Positions 37,630 to 46,574 of a stretch of DNA of 64,000 bases are shown here, piece by piece; the stretch's first letter is position 1; each line of letters begins with the position of its first letter. The stretch covers positions 8,663 to 72,662 of the forward strand of contig JBDRGY010000013.1 in assembly GCA_043817315.1 (NCBI GenBank). The letters are read 5' to 3'. The translations under genes were made by a program, and so were the position numbers. This stretch comes from Patescibacteria group bacterium. Its GTDB lineage: Bacteria > Patescibacteriota > Patescibacteriia > JBDRGY01. The notes under the pieces were generated by a model. That model was not told where the DNA came from, did no database searches, and saw nothing but the letters and a program-made list of their open reading frames with translations.

Positions 37630-38023
37630 TCACCGTGATCAGCCAAGTTACGATGCGGATGAGGGCCTGTGGGCACAAAGAGAGACTGCCTAGTCAAGAC
37701 AGAACAGGGGTGCACCAGTCTAAAGACGGCGCAAAAACCCGCACGGCACCGCATGGAGGGCTAGCTGGAGCTCAAGTCACGGTCAGGTGGGCCATGACGA
37801 CGACGGAAAAAAGATGCCTACCTAGAGTCAGGCACGGATGGCACTCTCGGGATTATCCTGTAGAAGTCTGGGGTCCGTCCCAGCATGCAGGGCAAGAACC
37901 TGCTCTACGGGCGACATTCCCGAGCGAGGATGCCTAAAACCGGCATGACTAGCTCGAAAGAGCAAACACGAAGGCGCCGCATCTGTCTATCCCTGTGCAG
38001 GCCTGCACAGGGATATTTTTTTT
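37630..38023 (+). ncRNA. candidate large structured ncRNA, unit D (about 390 nt)
   Basis: Promoter TTGACA(37596)-17-TAAAGT; many helices (ACCGTGA/TCACGGT, CTCGGGA/TCCCGAG, GCTC-GAAA-GAGC); 28-bp palindromic terminator plus T8. Confidence 0.55.
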
Positions 38024-38053
38024 ACTCAATTTCTATTGTATAATAAACCCACT

Positions 38054-39310
38054 ATGAAATATTTCTTGTTTGTCATCGGTTGTCAGATGAACCTGGCAGA
38101 TGCAGAACGGGCTGCCACTGTTTTGGAAAAGATAGGCCTGCAACCAGCTTCATCAGAAAAAGAAGCTGATTTGATAATGGTCTTGGCTTGTTCGGTGCGC
38201 CAGTCAGCTATTGATCGTATTTATGGAAAGATTAATAAGTGGCAAATGAGAAAAAATCTTACTACCGTACTGTCCGGTTGTGTTACGGCCCAGGATAAAA
38301 AGAAAATGAAAGAAAAATTTGACATACTACTGGACATCAATGACCTTCCTAAATTACCAGGAAAACTTAAAAACTTACCAGCCCATAAACATGCCGACTA
38401 TTTGGAGATCAAACCAAAATACCAATCCAGTTTTCAAGCCTTTGTCCCCATCTCTAACGGTTGTAATAATTACTGCACCTATTGCGTAGTCCCCTACACC
38501 AGGGGCCGGGAATCAAGTCGACCGGTAAAAGAAATCATTTGTGAAATTAAAAACCTAATCAAACGAGGCTATAAGGAAATCACTTTAGTCGGTCAAAATG
38601 TTAATTCCTACGGACAGGACTTGAAACCGAAGGTTAAGTTTGTTGATTTGCTAAAAAAAGTAAACGCCGTGCCCGGCCACTTCTGGATTCGTTTTCTAAC
38701 CAACCACCCTAAAGATATGTCGGATCAACTTATTAAATCGATCCCTCAACTAAAGAAAGTCACTGAATATATTCACCTCCCCTTGCAAGCCGGTGACAAT
38801 GCTGTTTTAAAGAGAATGAACCGGCACTACACCCAAGTGTCCTACTTAAAACTAGTAGCTAAGATCAAAAAGGTTATCCCCGGCGCAGCAATTTCTACGG
38901 ATATAATTGTCGGCTTTCCTGGCGAAACCAAAAAGCAGTTTGCTGAAACCAAAAAAGTAATGACTAAAGTACCCTACAGCATGGCTTATCTGGCTCAATA
39001 TTCAGAACGCCCGGGAACCGCTGCTGCCAAATTAAAAGACGACGTGCCCAAAAAGGAAAAGGAAAGACGCCAAGTAGCTTTAAACGAAATTCTTAAGAAA
39101 TCCTCTTCAGCTAACAACCAAAAAATGGCAGGGCAGACCGAAGAAGTTTTGGTTGATGGTCATCGGAAGAATTATTACTACGGACGTACCAGGAACTTTA
39201 AAATCGTTAAGTTTAAATCCACCAAGAACTTAATCGGAAAATTTGTTAAGATAAAGATAGTTAAGGCTAATATCTGGTATTTAGAAGGAAAATATGAGGC
39301 AAAAAACTAA
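38054..39310 (+). CDS. miaB: tRNA ms2i6A37 methylthiotransferase
   Basis: GCQMN; CSVR; GCNNYCTYCVVPYTRG; TDIIVGFPGET; TRAM domain. Confidence 0.95.
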   Translation: MKYFLFVIGCQMNLADAERAATVLEKIGLQPASSEKEADLIMVLACSVRQSAIDRIYGKINKWQMRKNLTTVLSGCVTAQDKKKMKEKFDILLDINDLPKLPGKLKNLPAHKHADYLEIKPKYQSSFQAFVPISNGCNNYCTYCVVPYTRGRESSRPVKEIICEIKNLIKRGYKEITLVGQNVNSYGQDLKPKVKFVDLLKKVNAVPGHFWIRFLTNHPKDMSDQLIKSIPQLKKVTEYIHLPLQAGDNAVLKRMNRHYTQVSYLKLVAKIKKVIPGAAISTDIIVGFPGETKKQFAETKKVMTKVPYSMAYLAQYSERPGTAAAKLKDDVPKKEKERRQVALNEILKKSSSANNQKMAGQTEEVLVDGHRKNYYYGRTRNFKIVKFKSTKNLIGKFVKIKIVKANIWYLEGKYEAKN

Positions 39311-39458
39311 AGCGGAAATTCGGGAGGATAAACGCCTGAAAGAAAGGCGCCAGATGAAGGGCGGGACTCTGGCCGGTCAAAAAGTTAGAATCCAAACCGC
39401 CAAAGGTTATTCCGGAAAAAAGCACAAAGATATTAAGATTAGAATTAATGCCAAGTAA
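39294..39458 (+). CDS. small basic hypothetical protein (54 aa, below the track cut-off)
   Basis: MRQKTKAEIREDKRLKERRQMKGGTLAGQKVRIQTAKGYSGKKHKDIKIRINAK; overlaps the miaB stop and the miaA start. Confidence 0.55.
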   Translation: MRQKTKAEIREDKRLKERRQMKGGTLAGQKVRIQTAKGYSGKKHKDIKIRINAK

Positions 39459-40362
39459 GCCTAAAGTAATTGTGGTCCTGGGCACCAACGCCTCCGGGAA
39501 AACCAGTCTGGGGGTTGAGCTGGCCAAGAAAGTAAACGGTGCCATCATCTCTGCTGATTCCCGGCAGGTTTTTTTAGGCATGGATTTGGGTACCGGCAAA
39601 GAGGGTAAAAAAGCGAAACGCCACGGTCGGCCGGTTAGAATCATAAAGGGTATTCCTCAATACTTGGTGGATATTAAAAAACCGACTCAATCCTACTCAG
39701 TTGCCCTCTGGCAAAAAGAAGCTGCTAAACTGGTTGAAGAAATCTGGGATTCAGGAAAAATCCCTATGGTGGTCGGCGGCACTGGATTATATATTGATGC
39801 TTTGTTAAAAGGGTTCCAGTTGCCTAAAACTTCAAATACCTTGCGTCAAAAACTGGCCCGGCAGTCTTTAGGGCAGTTATTAAACCGCCTCCAGAAACTC
39901 GACCCCAAAACCTTTAAGAAAATTGACCAGAAGAATAAGCGTCGTATCATCCGCGCTTTAGAGGTTTGTATCCTGACAAAGCAGCCATTTTCCGCTCAAC
40001 AAAAACAGCAAAAGCCCGACTGGGATATCTTGAAAATTGGAGTTACCCACCCCAGAGACATTCTCTATCAACGAATTGACCAACGAGTTGATCGTCGCCT
40101 TAAACAAGGTATGATTTCCGAAGTTAGGAAATTAAGAAAGCAGGGGCTGTCATGGAAAAAGTTAAACGACTTTGGCTTGGAATATCGCTTTATGGCCAAA
40201 TACTTAAAAGGTGAATTGGGAAAAGAAGAAATGATTCAACAATTAAAATTCGCCATTCACCATTTTGCCAAGAGACAACAGACTTGGTTCAAAAAAGATA
40301 AACAAATTCATTGGATTACTACAAAAAAACAAGCGGAATCGCTTGTTAAAAAATTCTTATAG
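39448..40362 (+). CDS. miaA: tRNA dimethylallyltransferase
   Basis: GTNASGKT; ISADSRQV; VVGGTGLY; AKRQQTWF. Confidence 0.96.
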   Translation: MPSKPKVIVVLGTNASGKTSLGVELAKKVNGAIISADSRQVFLGMDLGTGKEGKKAKRHGRPVRIIKGIPQYLVDIKKPTQSYSVALWQKEAAKLVEEIWDSGKIPMVVGGTGLYIDALLKGFQLPKTSNTLRQKLARQSLGQLLNRLQKLDPKTFKKIDQKNKRRIIRALEVCILTKQPFSAQQKQQKPDWDILKIGVTHPRDILYQRIDQRVDRRLKQGMISEVRKLRKQGLSWKKLNDFGLEYRFMAKYLKGELGKEEMIQQLKFAIHHFAKRQQTWFKKDKQIHWITTKKQAESLVKKFL

Positions 40363-40444
40363 AACCATTGCGAACCCCGACTTGATCGGGATGTGGCAAT
40401 CCCGTTACTAAACGAGACTGCCACGCTACGCTCGCAGTGGTTCT
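40361..40444. repeat. REP/RPE-like nested palindromic element
   Basis: Terminal IR AGAACCATTGCGA/TCGCAGTGGTTCT, with inner CCCGACTTGATCGGG and GTGGCAATC..GACTGCCAC hairpins. Confidence 0.7.
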
Positions 40445-41962
40445 TTATTTTAACTGATGCAATAACTCATTGTGCAAAGCAGCCGGGTCCGCTTTGCCCT
40501 TAGACTCTTTCAAGGCCTGTCCCATCAAAAACTGCAAAGCTTTGGCTTTTCCGGCCTTATAGTCTTCGGCAGCTTCCGGGTTGTTCTTAATAACTTCTTC
40601 AGCAATTCTTTCTATCTCTTTTGTAGAAACCTGACCCAAATCCTGATCCTCCATAATCTGAGAAGGATCCCCACCGGTTTTAACCATAATTTCTAATACT
40701 TGATTGGCGGTTTTAGTATTTAATTTCTTTTGGAATAAAAGTTTAATGAACTCGGCAAAGTTTTCCGAGGACACTTTGGTTTTAGCAAACGATTGGTCGT
40801 TCTTGAAAAGCAGGAACGGCAGTTTATTGATTATCCAGTTAGCTACCAACTTAGTCAATTCTTTTCTCTGCTTGACCCAAAGTACTTTGCCATCCTTTCC
40901 CTTTTCAGCTACTAACCAGGCTTTCAGCTCTGATACGGTCTGTTCGGTATATTTAGCAATGTGAAAATTGCTCGTTAAAATTGCTACTTCCTCCTCGGGT
41001 AATTGATATTCAGATTCAAATCGTTCTCTTTTGTCTTGGGGTAATTCCGGCATAGCGATTTTAATTCGTTCCAGGTATTCCGGGTCAAAATAAAGTGGCG
41101 GTAAATCTGGCTCAGGGAAATAGCGGTAATCCTGTTCTTTTTCCTTTTCCCGCATCACAAAAGTCTCATTTTTATCATCATTCCAGCCCCTGGTAGAATA
41201 CGATTCTGGGGGTGTTTTAGCTTCCCAAAGTTGTTTCTGCCTTTGCACTTCAAAATTAAGAGCTTTTTCTAAGGACCTGAAAGAATTGAGGTTTTTAATC
41301 TCGGTCTTAGGAAATAATTTCTTCTCTTTAAGCGGTCTCAAAGAAATATTGGCATCGACTCGCAACTGCCCCCTTTCCATATTGGCTTCAGAAATGTCTA
41401 AAAAGCGGGTCATGGTCCGTAATTCCTGCATAAACATTCTGGCCTCTTGAGAGGATCGCATGTCCGGTTCGGTGACTATTTCTAAAAGTGGGGTACCGGC
41501 TCGATTGAAATCAACCAGAGAGAATTCCCCGCTTTCTTCATCGTGCACCAGCTTGGCTGCATCCTCTTCCAGATGAACTCTGGTAATACCCACCCTTTTT
41601 CTTCTATTATTAACTACGATATCCAGATGCCCTTTTTGCCCTATAGGCATGTCGTACTGGGAAATCTGATAACCTTTGGGTAAATCAGGATAAAAATAAT
41701 TTTTTCGGTCAAACTTGGTAAACTCCGGCAAGTGATTATTAAGGGCCATGGCTGCCATCACTCCCCAATCAATGGCCTGTTGGTTAACTACCGGCAAAGT
41801 TCCCGGGTGGCCCATACAGACCGGGCAGACTGTGGAATTAGCTGGTTTATCTTCCCCGGCATTATCACAACGACAAAACATCTTGGATTTGGTTTTTAAC
41901 TGTACATGAATTTCTAATCCAATTATTATTTCGTATTCAGTTTTTTTGTCAGCTTTTGCCAA
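40445..41962 (-). CDS. gatB: Asp/Glu-tRNA amidotransferase subunit B
   Basis: IGLEIHVQL; FDRKNYFYPDLPKGYQISQ; YRYFPEPDLPP. Confidence 0.97.
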   Translation of the reverse strand: MAKADKKTEYEIIIGLEIHVQLKTKSKMFCRCDNAGEDKPANSTVCPVCMGHPGTLPVVNQQAIDWGVMAAMALNNHLPEFTKFDRKNYFYPDLPKGYQISQYDMPIGQKGHLDIVVNNRRKRVGITRVHLEEDAAKLVHDEESGEFSLVDFNRAGTPLLEIVTEPDMRSSQEARMFMQELRTMTRFLDISEANMERGQLRVDANISLRPLKEKKLFPKTEIKNLNSFRSLEKALNFEVQRQKQLWEAKTPPESYSTRGWNDDKNETFVMREKEKEQDYRYFPEPDLPPLYFDPEYLERIKIAMPELPQDKRERFESEYQLPEEEVAILTSNFHIAKYTEQTVSELKAWLVAEKGKDGKVLWVKQRKELTKLVANWIINKLPFLLFKNDQSFAKTKVSSENFAEFIKLLFQKKLNTKTANQVLEIMVKTGGDPSQIMEDQDLGQVSTKEIERIAEEVIKNNPEAAEDYKAGKAKALQFLMGQALKESKGKADPAALHNELLHQLK

Positions 41963-42486
41963 TGTTTTTTATAATAATCAAATCTTTTATCTAATTCTGC
42001 CTTGGCTGTCGCTTTGATATTGAACTTAGCCAATAATCCGTCCAACTGTTTTTTTAGTTGCTCAAATACTTTTTGCTTGGCAGATTTATTACTAATTCTT
42101 TCTAACTCTATCATTAATCCGTTGCCCACGGTGTTGTCCAGATATACTTTGGTGCCTCTCCATAAATAGGCAATTCTTTTACGAAACCAGCGCATTTTAA
42201 CCGGATGACCCATCTGAATTAAAACCTGTTCTAGCTTCTTGAAATCAAGCTTTTTAAACGGCAATTCAATTTCTTCTCTTTGGCTCTGATGGATGTTGCC
42301 TTTCTTGAATATTAAAAAAGAACTTTTATCTGTTTGTCGCAAACGCAAGTCCCCTTGGTTGGATTGATAGTAAACCGTGGTTTCCGACCAACTTCCTAAT
42401 CTCTTAGCCTCCTTCTGGAAAAACCTGTTTAACTTAGCAAACTGGCCTTTGGTCAAAAAACTGCGCACCTCAACTTCAATCTTCAT
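41926..42486 (-). CDS. CYTH-domain protein
   Basis: IEVEVR (ExExK-like); LRLR; REEIE; IELE. Confidence 0.8.
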   Translation of the reverse strand: MKIEVEVRSFLTKGQFAKLNRFFQKEAKRLGSWSETTVYYQSNQGDLRLRQTDKSSFLIFKKGNIHQSQREEIELPFKKLDFKKLEQVLIQMGHPVKMRWFRKRIAYLWRGTKVYLDNTVGNGLMIELERISNKSAKQKVFEQLKKQLDGLLAKFNIKATAKAELDKRFDYYKKHWQKLTKKLNTK

Positions 42487-42549
42487 ATCTCTATTTTAGC
42501 ACATTTTGGAGAAAAAATAAAGGGCTCGATAGGATCCGAGCCCTTGGAG

Positions 42550-43227
42550 TCAAAGAACGTCGATACCGGCGTCCCACTGTCTCTTGACGAAATCTTCCAA
42601 ACACAGCGGCACATAATCCACTTCTGGTTCATCCTCGGCTGGTCCACCCTCTCCGGTCTGGACCCTAAACCGGTGATCGTCAGGCGGAGCTGGCTTACCA
42701 TCAATTAGTCTCATCGATCTAGTGGCTCGGCGTCCGCAATCAATGCAAGTAGCCTTGATCTTGTAGATTCTGGCCTCAGGCAGCATGGCCACGGCCGCTG
42801 ATGCCGGGAACGGCTGCCCCAGATGATCAGTGTCCAGGGCGCAGAAAACGATGTACTTGCCATAGCGATGATACAGGTTGAGAATCACCCTGGCGATGTC
42901 CGGGTCGAAGAACTGACCCTCATCAATAACGATGACATCGGCCGCTAGTACATCCTCGTCAGTTAGCATCACGCTGGGGTTCTTGGCATCGATGATCTGA
43001 GCTGGAAACTCCGGTAGTTCATGACCGCCGTGAGACTTGGGCCTAGTCGGATCTTCATCTCTAGTGTCTCTGGATGGCTTAATGAAAATCCCCGTCACCT
43101 CCGCACCGTGCTCAATCGCCCGCAGAACCGCCCTCAATTTCCCGAAAGCCTTTTCCTCTGTCTTGCCGGCCCACATTGGGCCTATGTAAACCCTGATCGT
43201 CCGATCCCAACCATGACTGTTAGCCAT
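42550..43227 (-). CDS. tdk: thymidine kinase (GC-rich solo cassette)
   Basis: GPMWAGKT; VIDEGQFF; LDTDHLGQPF; CIDC; YVPLC; promoter TTGACG-17-TAAGAT at 43274-43302; terminator at 42521-42546. Confidence 0.88.
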   Translation of the reverse strand: MANSHGWDRTIRVYIGPMWAGKTEEKAFGKLRAVLRAIEHGAEVTGIFIKPSRDTRDEDPTRPKSHGGHELPEFPAQIIDAKNPSVMLTDEDVLAADVIVIDEGQFFDPDIARVILNLYHRYGKYIVFCALDTDHLGQPFPASAAVAMLPEARIYKIKATCIDCGRRATRSMRLIDGKPAPPDDHRFRVQTGEGGPAEDEPEVDYVPLCLEDFVKRQWDAGIDVL

Positions 43228-43355
43228 TTTTACTCCCTCCTTGTGGATAGTAAAAGGTACAATGCTTTATAACATCTTATATCAAGCTAAAAACCTCGTC
43301 AAATAAAAAAACCGGCGCCTGGCCAGTGCCGGATAATAACCTACATATTAAGCAA

Positions 43356-44093
43356 TTACCTGTTATCTAAGAAATCTTTCCAACAGGTAATGGCTTGATT
43401 GACCCCATGTTCAATATCTTTAGAGGCATCAACATAAACTACCTTAGATCCTTCTTTTTCGAATATCTTTTTAAACCACTGCGAATTGAAATGACGAGCC
43501 GCTTTCTTGAGGAATGGCAGATTTTCAAAGATAGAATCGTCTTTTTTGGCCATTCTGTTGTCCAACCGTTTCATCACCATATGGGGCGGTAATTTGGTTA
43601 TGATCAATAAATCGGGCCGATATTTTAGAGCCAGTTTATTGCCTTCGTAGCCTAATATTTCGGGTAAATATATCGGTTCGGCTTGCAACGGTTGATAAGC
43701 AATGGAAGTGGTCACTCCCCTTTCCTGAAAGACGAATAAACCGCGTTCTAAGGCCGGGACAATAACCCTTTGATAAAGGAGATAGCGGTCTAAGGCATAA
43801 GCTTGGGCCGTAGCGTGGGCTGAGTATTCTCTTTTGTTGTCTTTAACCAATTCATCCCGAATGGCTCGGCCAATTAAGGAAAAAGTCGGTTCTGCAGATA
43901 AAACTACATCGTACCCTTTAAGTTCCGAGGGCTTGGGCAAGCTATGATGCTTTTGACCATACTGTCGTAGGTCAAGAACCTTCAATTTCATCTTCTTGGC
44001 CCATTTACCAAAATGATAAACAATGGTTCCTTTTCCCGAACCATCTAGTCCATCGACAATCACTAAGGCTCCTTTTTTGGCTTTCTTTTTCAT
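43356..44093 (-). CDS. tmk: thymidylate kinase
   Basis: DGLDGSGKGT; AEPT; DR..; ER..TTSIAYQ; RPDL. Confidence 0.85.
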   Translation of the reverse strand: MKKKAKKGALVIVDGLDGSGKGTIVYHFGKWAKKMKLKVLDLRQYGQKHHSLPKPSELKGYDVVLSAEPTFSLIGRAIRDELVKDNKREYSAHATAQAYALDRYLLYQRVIVPALERGLFVFQERGVTTSIAYQPLQAEPIYLPEILGYEGNKLALKYRPDLLIITKLPPHMVMKRLDNRMAKKDDSIFENLPFLKKAARHFNSQWFKKIFEKEGSKVVYVDASKDIEHGVNQAITCWKDFLDNR

Positions 44094-44094
44094 A

Positions 44095-45489
44095 TCAATA
44101 GTCTGATTGATCCAAATCAGCTTGCAAATATTTTGTTACTAACGGGGTTTTCTCCTTAACTATTTGGTACATTTTCTGGGCAAACCGGCGATAGCTGAAG
44201 TTGCCGGTCTTACCGGTTCTTAATTTGACCACATGGTAAAGCTCCCGCAAATTCATCTGCCACAAGAATCTTCTCTTGTGGGCATTGAGGACAAAATACT
44301 GGGCTTCTTCAGGGAACTGGTTTTTCAGCCTGTTGAAGCCTTCCTCTGATCTCTGGAGGCTTTCCGCAAATTGTTTTTCCAGATGAGCATCAGTTATCAT
44401 CTGGGGCATGGTCGATCGATGTTCGATAGTCAAAGGCTGGGCAGTCAGGGTACAGAGACGATGTCGTTTCAAGTCATAATAGGCTCCTTGATCCCAGAGA
44501 CAATCAAAAACATAATTAACGTATTCCAGTTCGCGGACCGGATTGTCAAATCTTCCCAGTCGGTTCAGGGCCTGATCAATTACTCCCTCTTTTTCCTCGG
44601 GACTCATATTCCTGACTTTTCCCAGAATCTCGGCATAAGACTGGGTAGCCTTTTTATAAAGCAAGGCGGTTACCAACCTATCATCAACGTCCCGGTCATA
44701 CTGCACCAAAGTAATTCCATCTTCATCTAGCGAGGTCTCCGGTATCATCTCCTTGGATAATTTAGATAGGGCTTTATGGGTATCTACCAAATAGTCACTA
44801 CGGTCGGCGTATTTAACCAAGGTGGGAACTACGCGCTTTACTTCCTCCTTTATTTTGGCACCTATCTCCTGCACCTCGGTCAGGGGATCTGACAGCCACT
44901 TCTTGATGGCGTATTCCAGATTGCGGGCATTGACCGACATTCCCACATTAGCCAGGGCAGCTACGGGCATGGTAAAGCGGATGGAATCTAAAGCCCTACA
45001 TTTTATCCTGACTTCGTAAGCCTTATCGGATTCTTCCTTGTCAGGATGTATCTTCTCTCTTAAGAAGGCATGGGCTCTCTTTTGCAAATCCAAATAATTA
45101 CGCATTAAAAAACGCATGGTATCCAGGTAATAATCCTTAAATTCTGATTCCTCTATTTTCTTCGGTAAATGGAAGGCATTATCATCAAAAACCTGATATC
45201 TTGAGGACTTTTCCGTATAAGAAGCCAGACGATTACTCTGAATCGATTCGATAGCTAATCGGGACACATTTTCAATGGCAATATTGAGATAAGCATGCTC
45301 AGCTACTGAAGAATGGCCGTAGCCTACCACCCATTTTTCATGAAATTCAGCCGATTTTTCTTCGGATAATTCTTGGGCGATTTCATAGAAGCTTTTCGGC
45401 GAACGGGAAGATTTAGCAAAGGTAACAGCCACCACTTCCGGTTTTAAGCCGGCTAAGGTGTAGATTTTCCTCTTGGGAAGCTCGTCCAT
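44095..45489 (-). CDS. thyX: flavin-dependent thymidylate synthase (tandem two-domain form)
   Basis: GYGHSSVAEH; EKSSRY; second domain RELE...LKRHR...NLRELYH..LR. Confidence 0.9.
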   Translation of the reverse strand: MDELPKRKIYTLAGLKPEVVAVTFAKSSRSPKSFYEIAQELSEEKSAEFHEKWVVGYGHSSVAEHAYLNIAIENVSRLAIESIQSNRLASYTEKSSRYQVFDDNAFHLPKKIEESEFKDYYLDTMRFLMRNYLDLQKRAHAFLREKIHPDKEESDKAYEVRIKCRALDSIRFTMPVAALANVGMSVNARNLEYAIKKWLSDPLTEVQEIGAKIKEEVKRVVPTLVKYADRSDYLVDTHKALSKLSKEMIPETSLDEDGITLVQYDRDVDDRLVTALLYKKATQSYAEILGKVRNMSPEEKEGVIDQALNRLGRFDNPVRELEYVNYVFDCLWDQGAYYDLKRHRLCTLTAQPLTIEHRSTMPQMITDAHLEKQFAESLQRSEEGFNRLKNQFPEEAQYFVLNAHKRRFLWQMNLRELYHVVKLRTGKTGNFSYRRFAQKMYQIVKEKTPLVTKYLQADLDQSDY

Positions 45490-46041
45490 TTATTTACCAA
45501 TCCGCTCAATAATTTTATCGACTTGTTTGTATAATTCCTGGTAGCCTCCAGAGTTATCGATCTGGAAGTCAGACATGGCAATACACTTGCTTAGATTCTG
45601 TTTGTTGGGATCATCAGAAGTCATTTCTTTAGCCTCTTGTTCTACAAACTTCTTCCAACTGACATGATCGCTTTCATTTTCTCTTTTTTTGATTCTGTCG
45701 TATCTGGTTCTCTGATCAGCATCAACTGCGATTAAGTAAAATTTGTCTTTTTGCTTTAAAGCTTCTGCTTCGCCCGGTGTCCTGATACTTTCAAGGATAC
45801 AATCCTGTCCCTGCTGCCTGGCCAGTTCATAAAGTTGTTCAGCGATGTAGCTGGGAGAATTTTGGGCCCGCAGCTGATTAGCCAACTCCCTCATGTTATC
45901 CCGATCCAGCGGCATCTTCCTTTTCTTCAATTCTGCTATTAAGAACTCCCGGACCGAATAGTGAGAGAATCCTCTCTTTTTAAAATAATCAACCACTGAA
46001 TTCTTACCGGCTCCCAAAGTGCCTGTGATTCCGATGATCAT
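45490..46041 (-). CDS. P-loop nucleotide kinase-like (AAA family) protein
   Basis: GITGTLGAGK; ESIR..GE; RYDR..KR. Confidence 0.8.
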   Translation of the reverse strand: MIIGITGTLGAGKNSVVDYFKKRGFSHYSVREFLIAELKKRKMPLDRDNMRELANQLRAQNSPSYIAEQLYELARQQGQDCILESIRTPGEAEALKQKDKFYLIAVDADQRTRYDRIKKRENESDHVSWKKFVEQEAKEMTSDDPNKQNLSKCIAMSDFQIDNSGGYQELYKQVDKIIERIGK

Positions 46042-46042
46042 T

Positions 46043-46552
46043 CTATTTCTTTGCTTTCTCAGATTTATATTGACGATACTTAACTCCGGCCAAATCCAGC
46101 ATTTTTCGAGAAGCTATCCAGGAATCTTCGTCATGGTATTTATCACTCTCATACACAATTTCTTTAACTCCGTTCTGAATAATTGTCTTAGCACATTCAT
46201 TACAAGGAAAAAGGGTGCAATAAAGAATACAGTCTTTAGTTCTGGCGTTGGCGTTATAAATAGCATTTTCTTCGGCATGAACAATGTAGGCATATTTACT
46301 TTCACAAAATCCCCCATCTCTTTTCCAGGGCAAATCTTCGTTGGCTACCCCCCTGGGAAAACCGTTGTAGCCCAAACCAACCACAACGTTATTGGCATCA
46401 ACCAGTACTGCCCCCGCCTGGGTGTTGGGATCTTTGGAGCGATCAGAAATTACATGAGCCATTCTCATAAAACATTCATCCCAAGAAATGTAATTATTTC
46501 TTTGTGCCGATTGCCTTTTTCTCTTGGTTTTTAACCCACTTTTTTTAGCCAT
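46043..46552 (-). CDS. dCMP deaminase
   Basis: RSKDPNTQ; GYNG; HAEENAI; PCNEC. Confidence 0.93.
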   Translation of the reverse strand: MAKKSGLKTKRKRQSAQRNNYISWDECFMRMAHVISDRSKDPNTQAGAVLVDANNVVVGLGYNGFPRGVANEDLPWKRDGGFCESKYAYIVHAEENAIYNANARTKDCILYCTLFPCNECAKTIIQNGVKEIVYESDKYHDEDSWIASRKMLDLAGVKYRQYKSEKAKK

Positions 46553-46574
46553 AAAATTTCAAAATTAAAGCTAA

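Noticed and set aside
37706-37765. c-di-GMP-I riboswitch (GGTGCAC..GTC-TAAA-GAC-GGCGCAAA)
   Set aside because: Only partial resemblance; the GNRA loop and P3 receptor are missing
35974-37937. Track ORFs 35974-36180, 36021-36299, 36257-36562, 36365-36550 and 37581-37937 as proteins
   Set aside because: No SD, they cross promoters or terminators, and their composition is not protein-like
35860-38023. tmRNA, RNase P RNA or SRP RNA identity for the ncRNA units
   Set aside because: I found no tRNA-like GGGG...TTCGA...CCA ends, no GAGGAAAGTCC/AACCCGGCTTA and no GGAAGCAGC domain IV motif on either strand by eye
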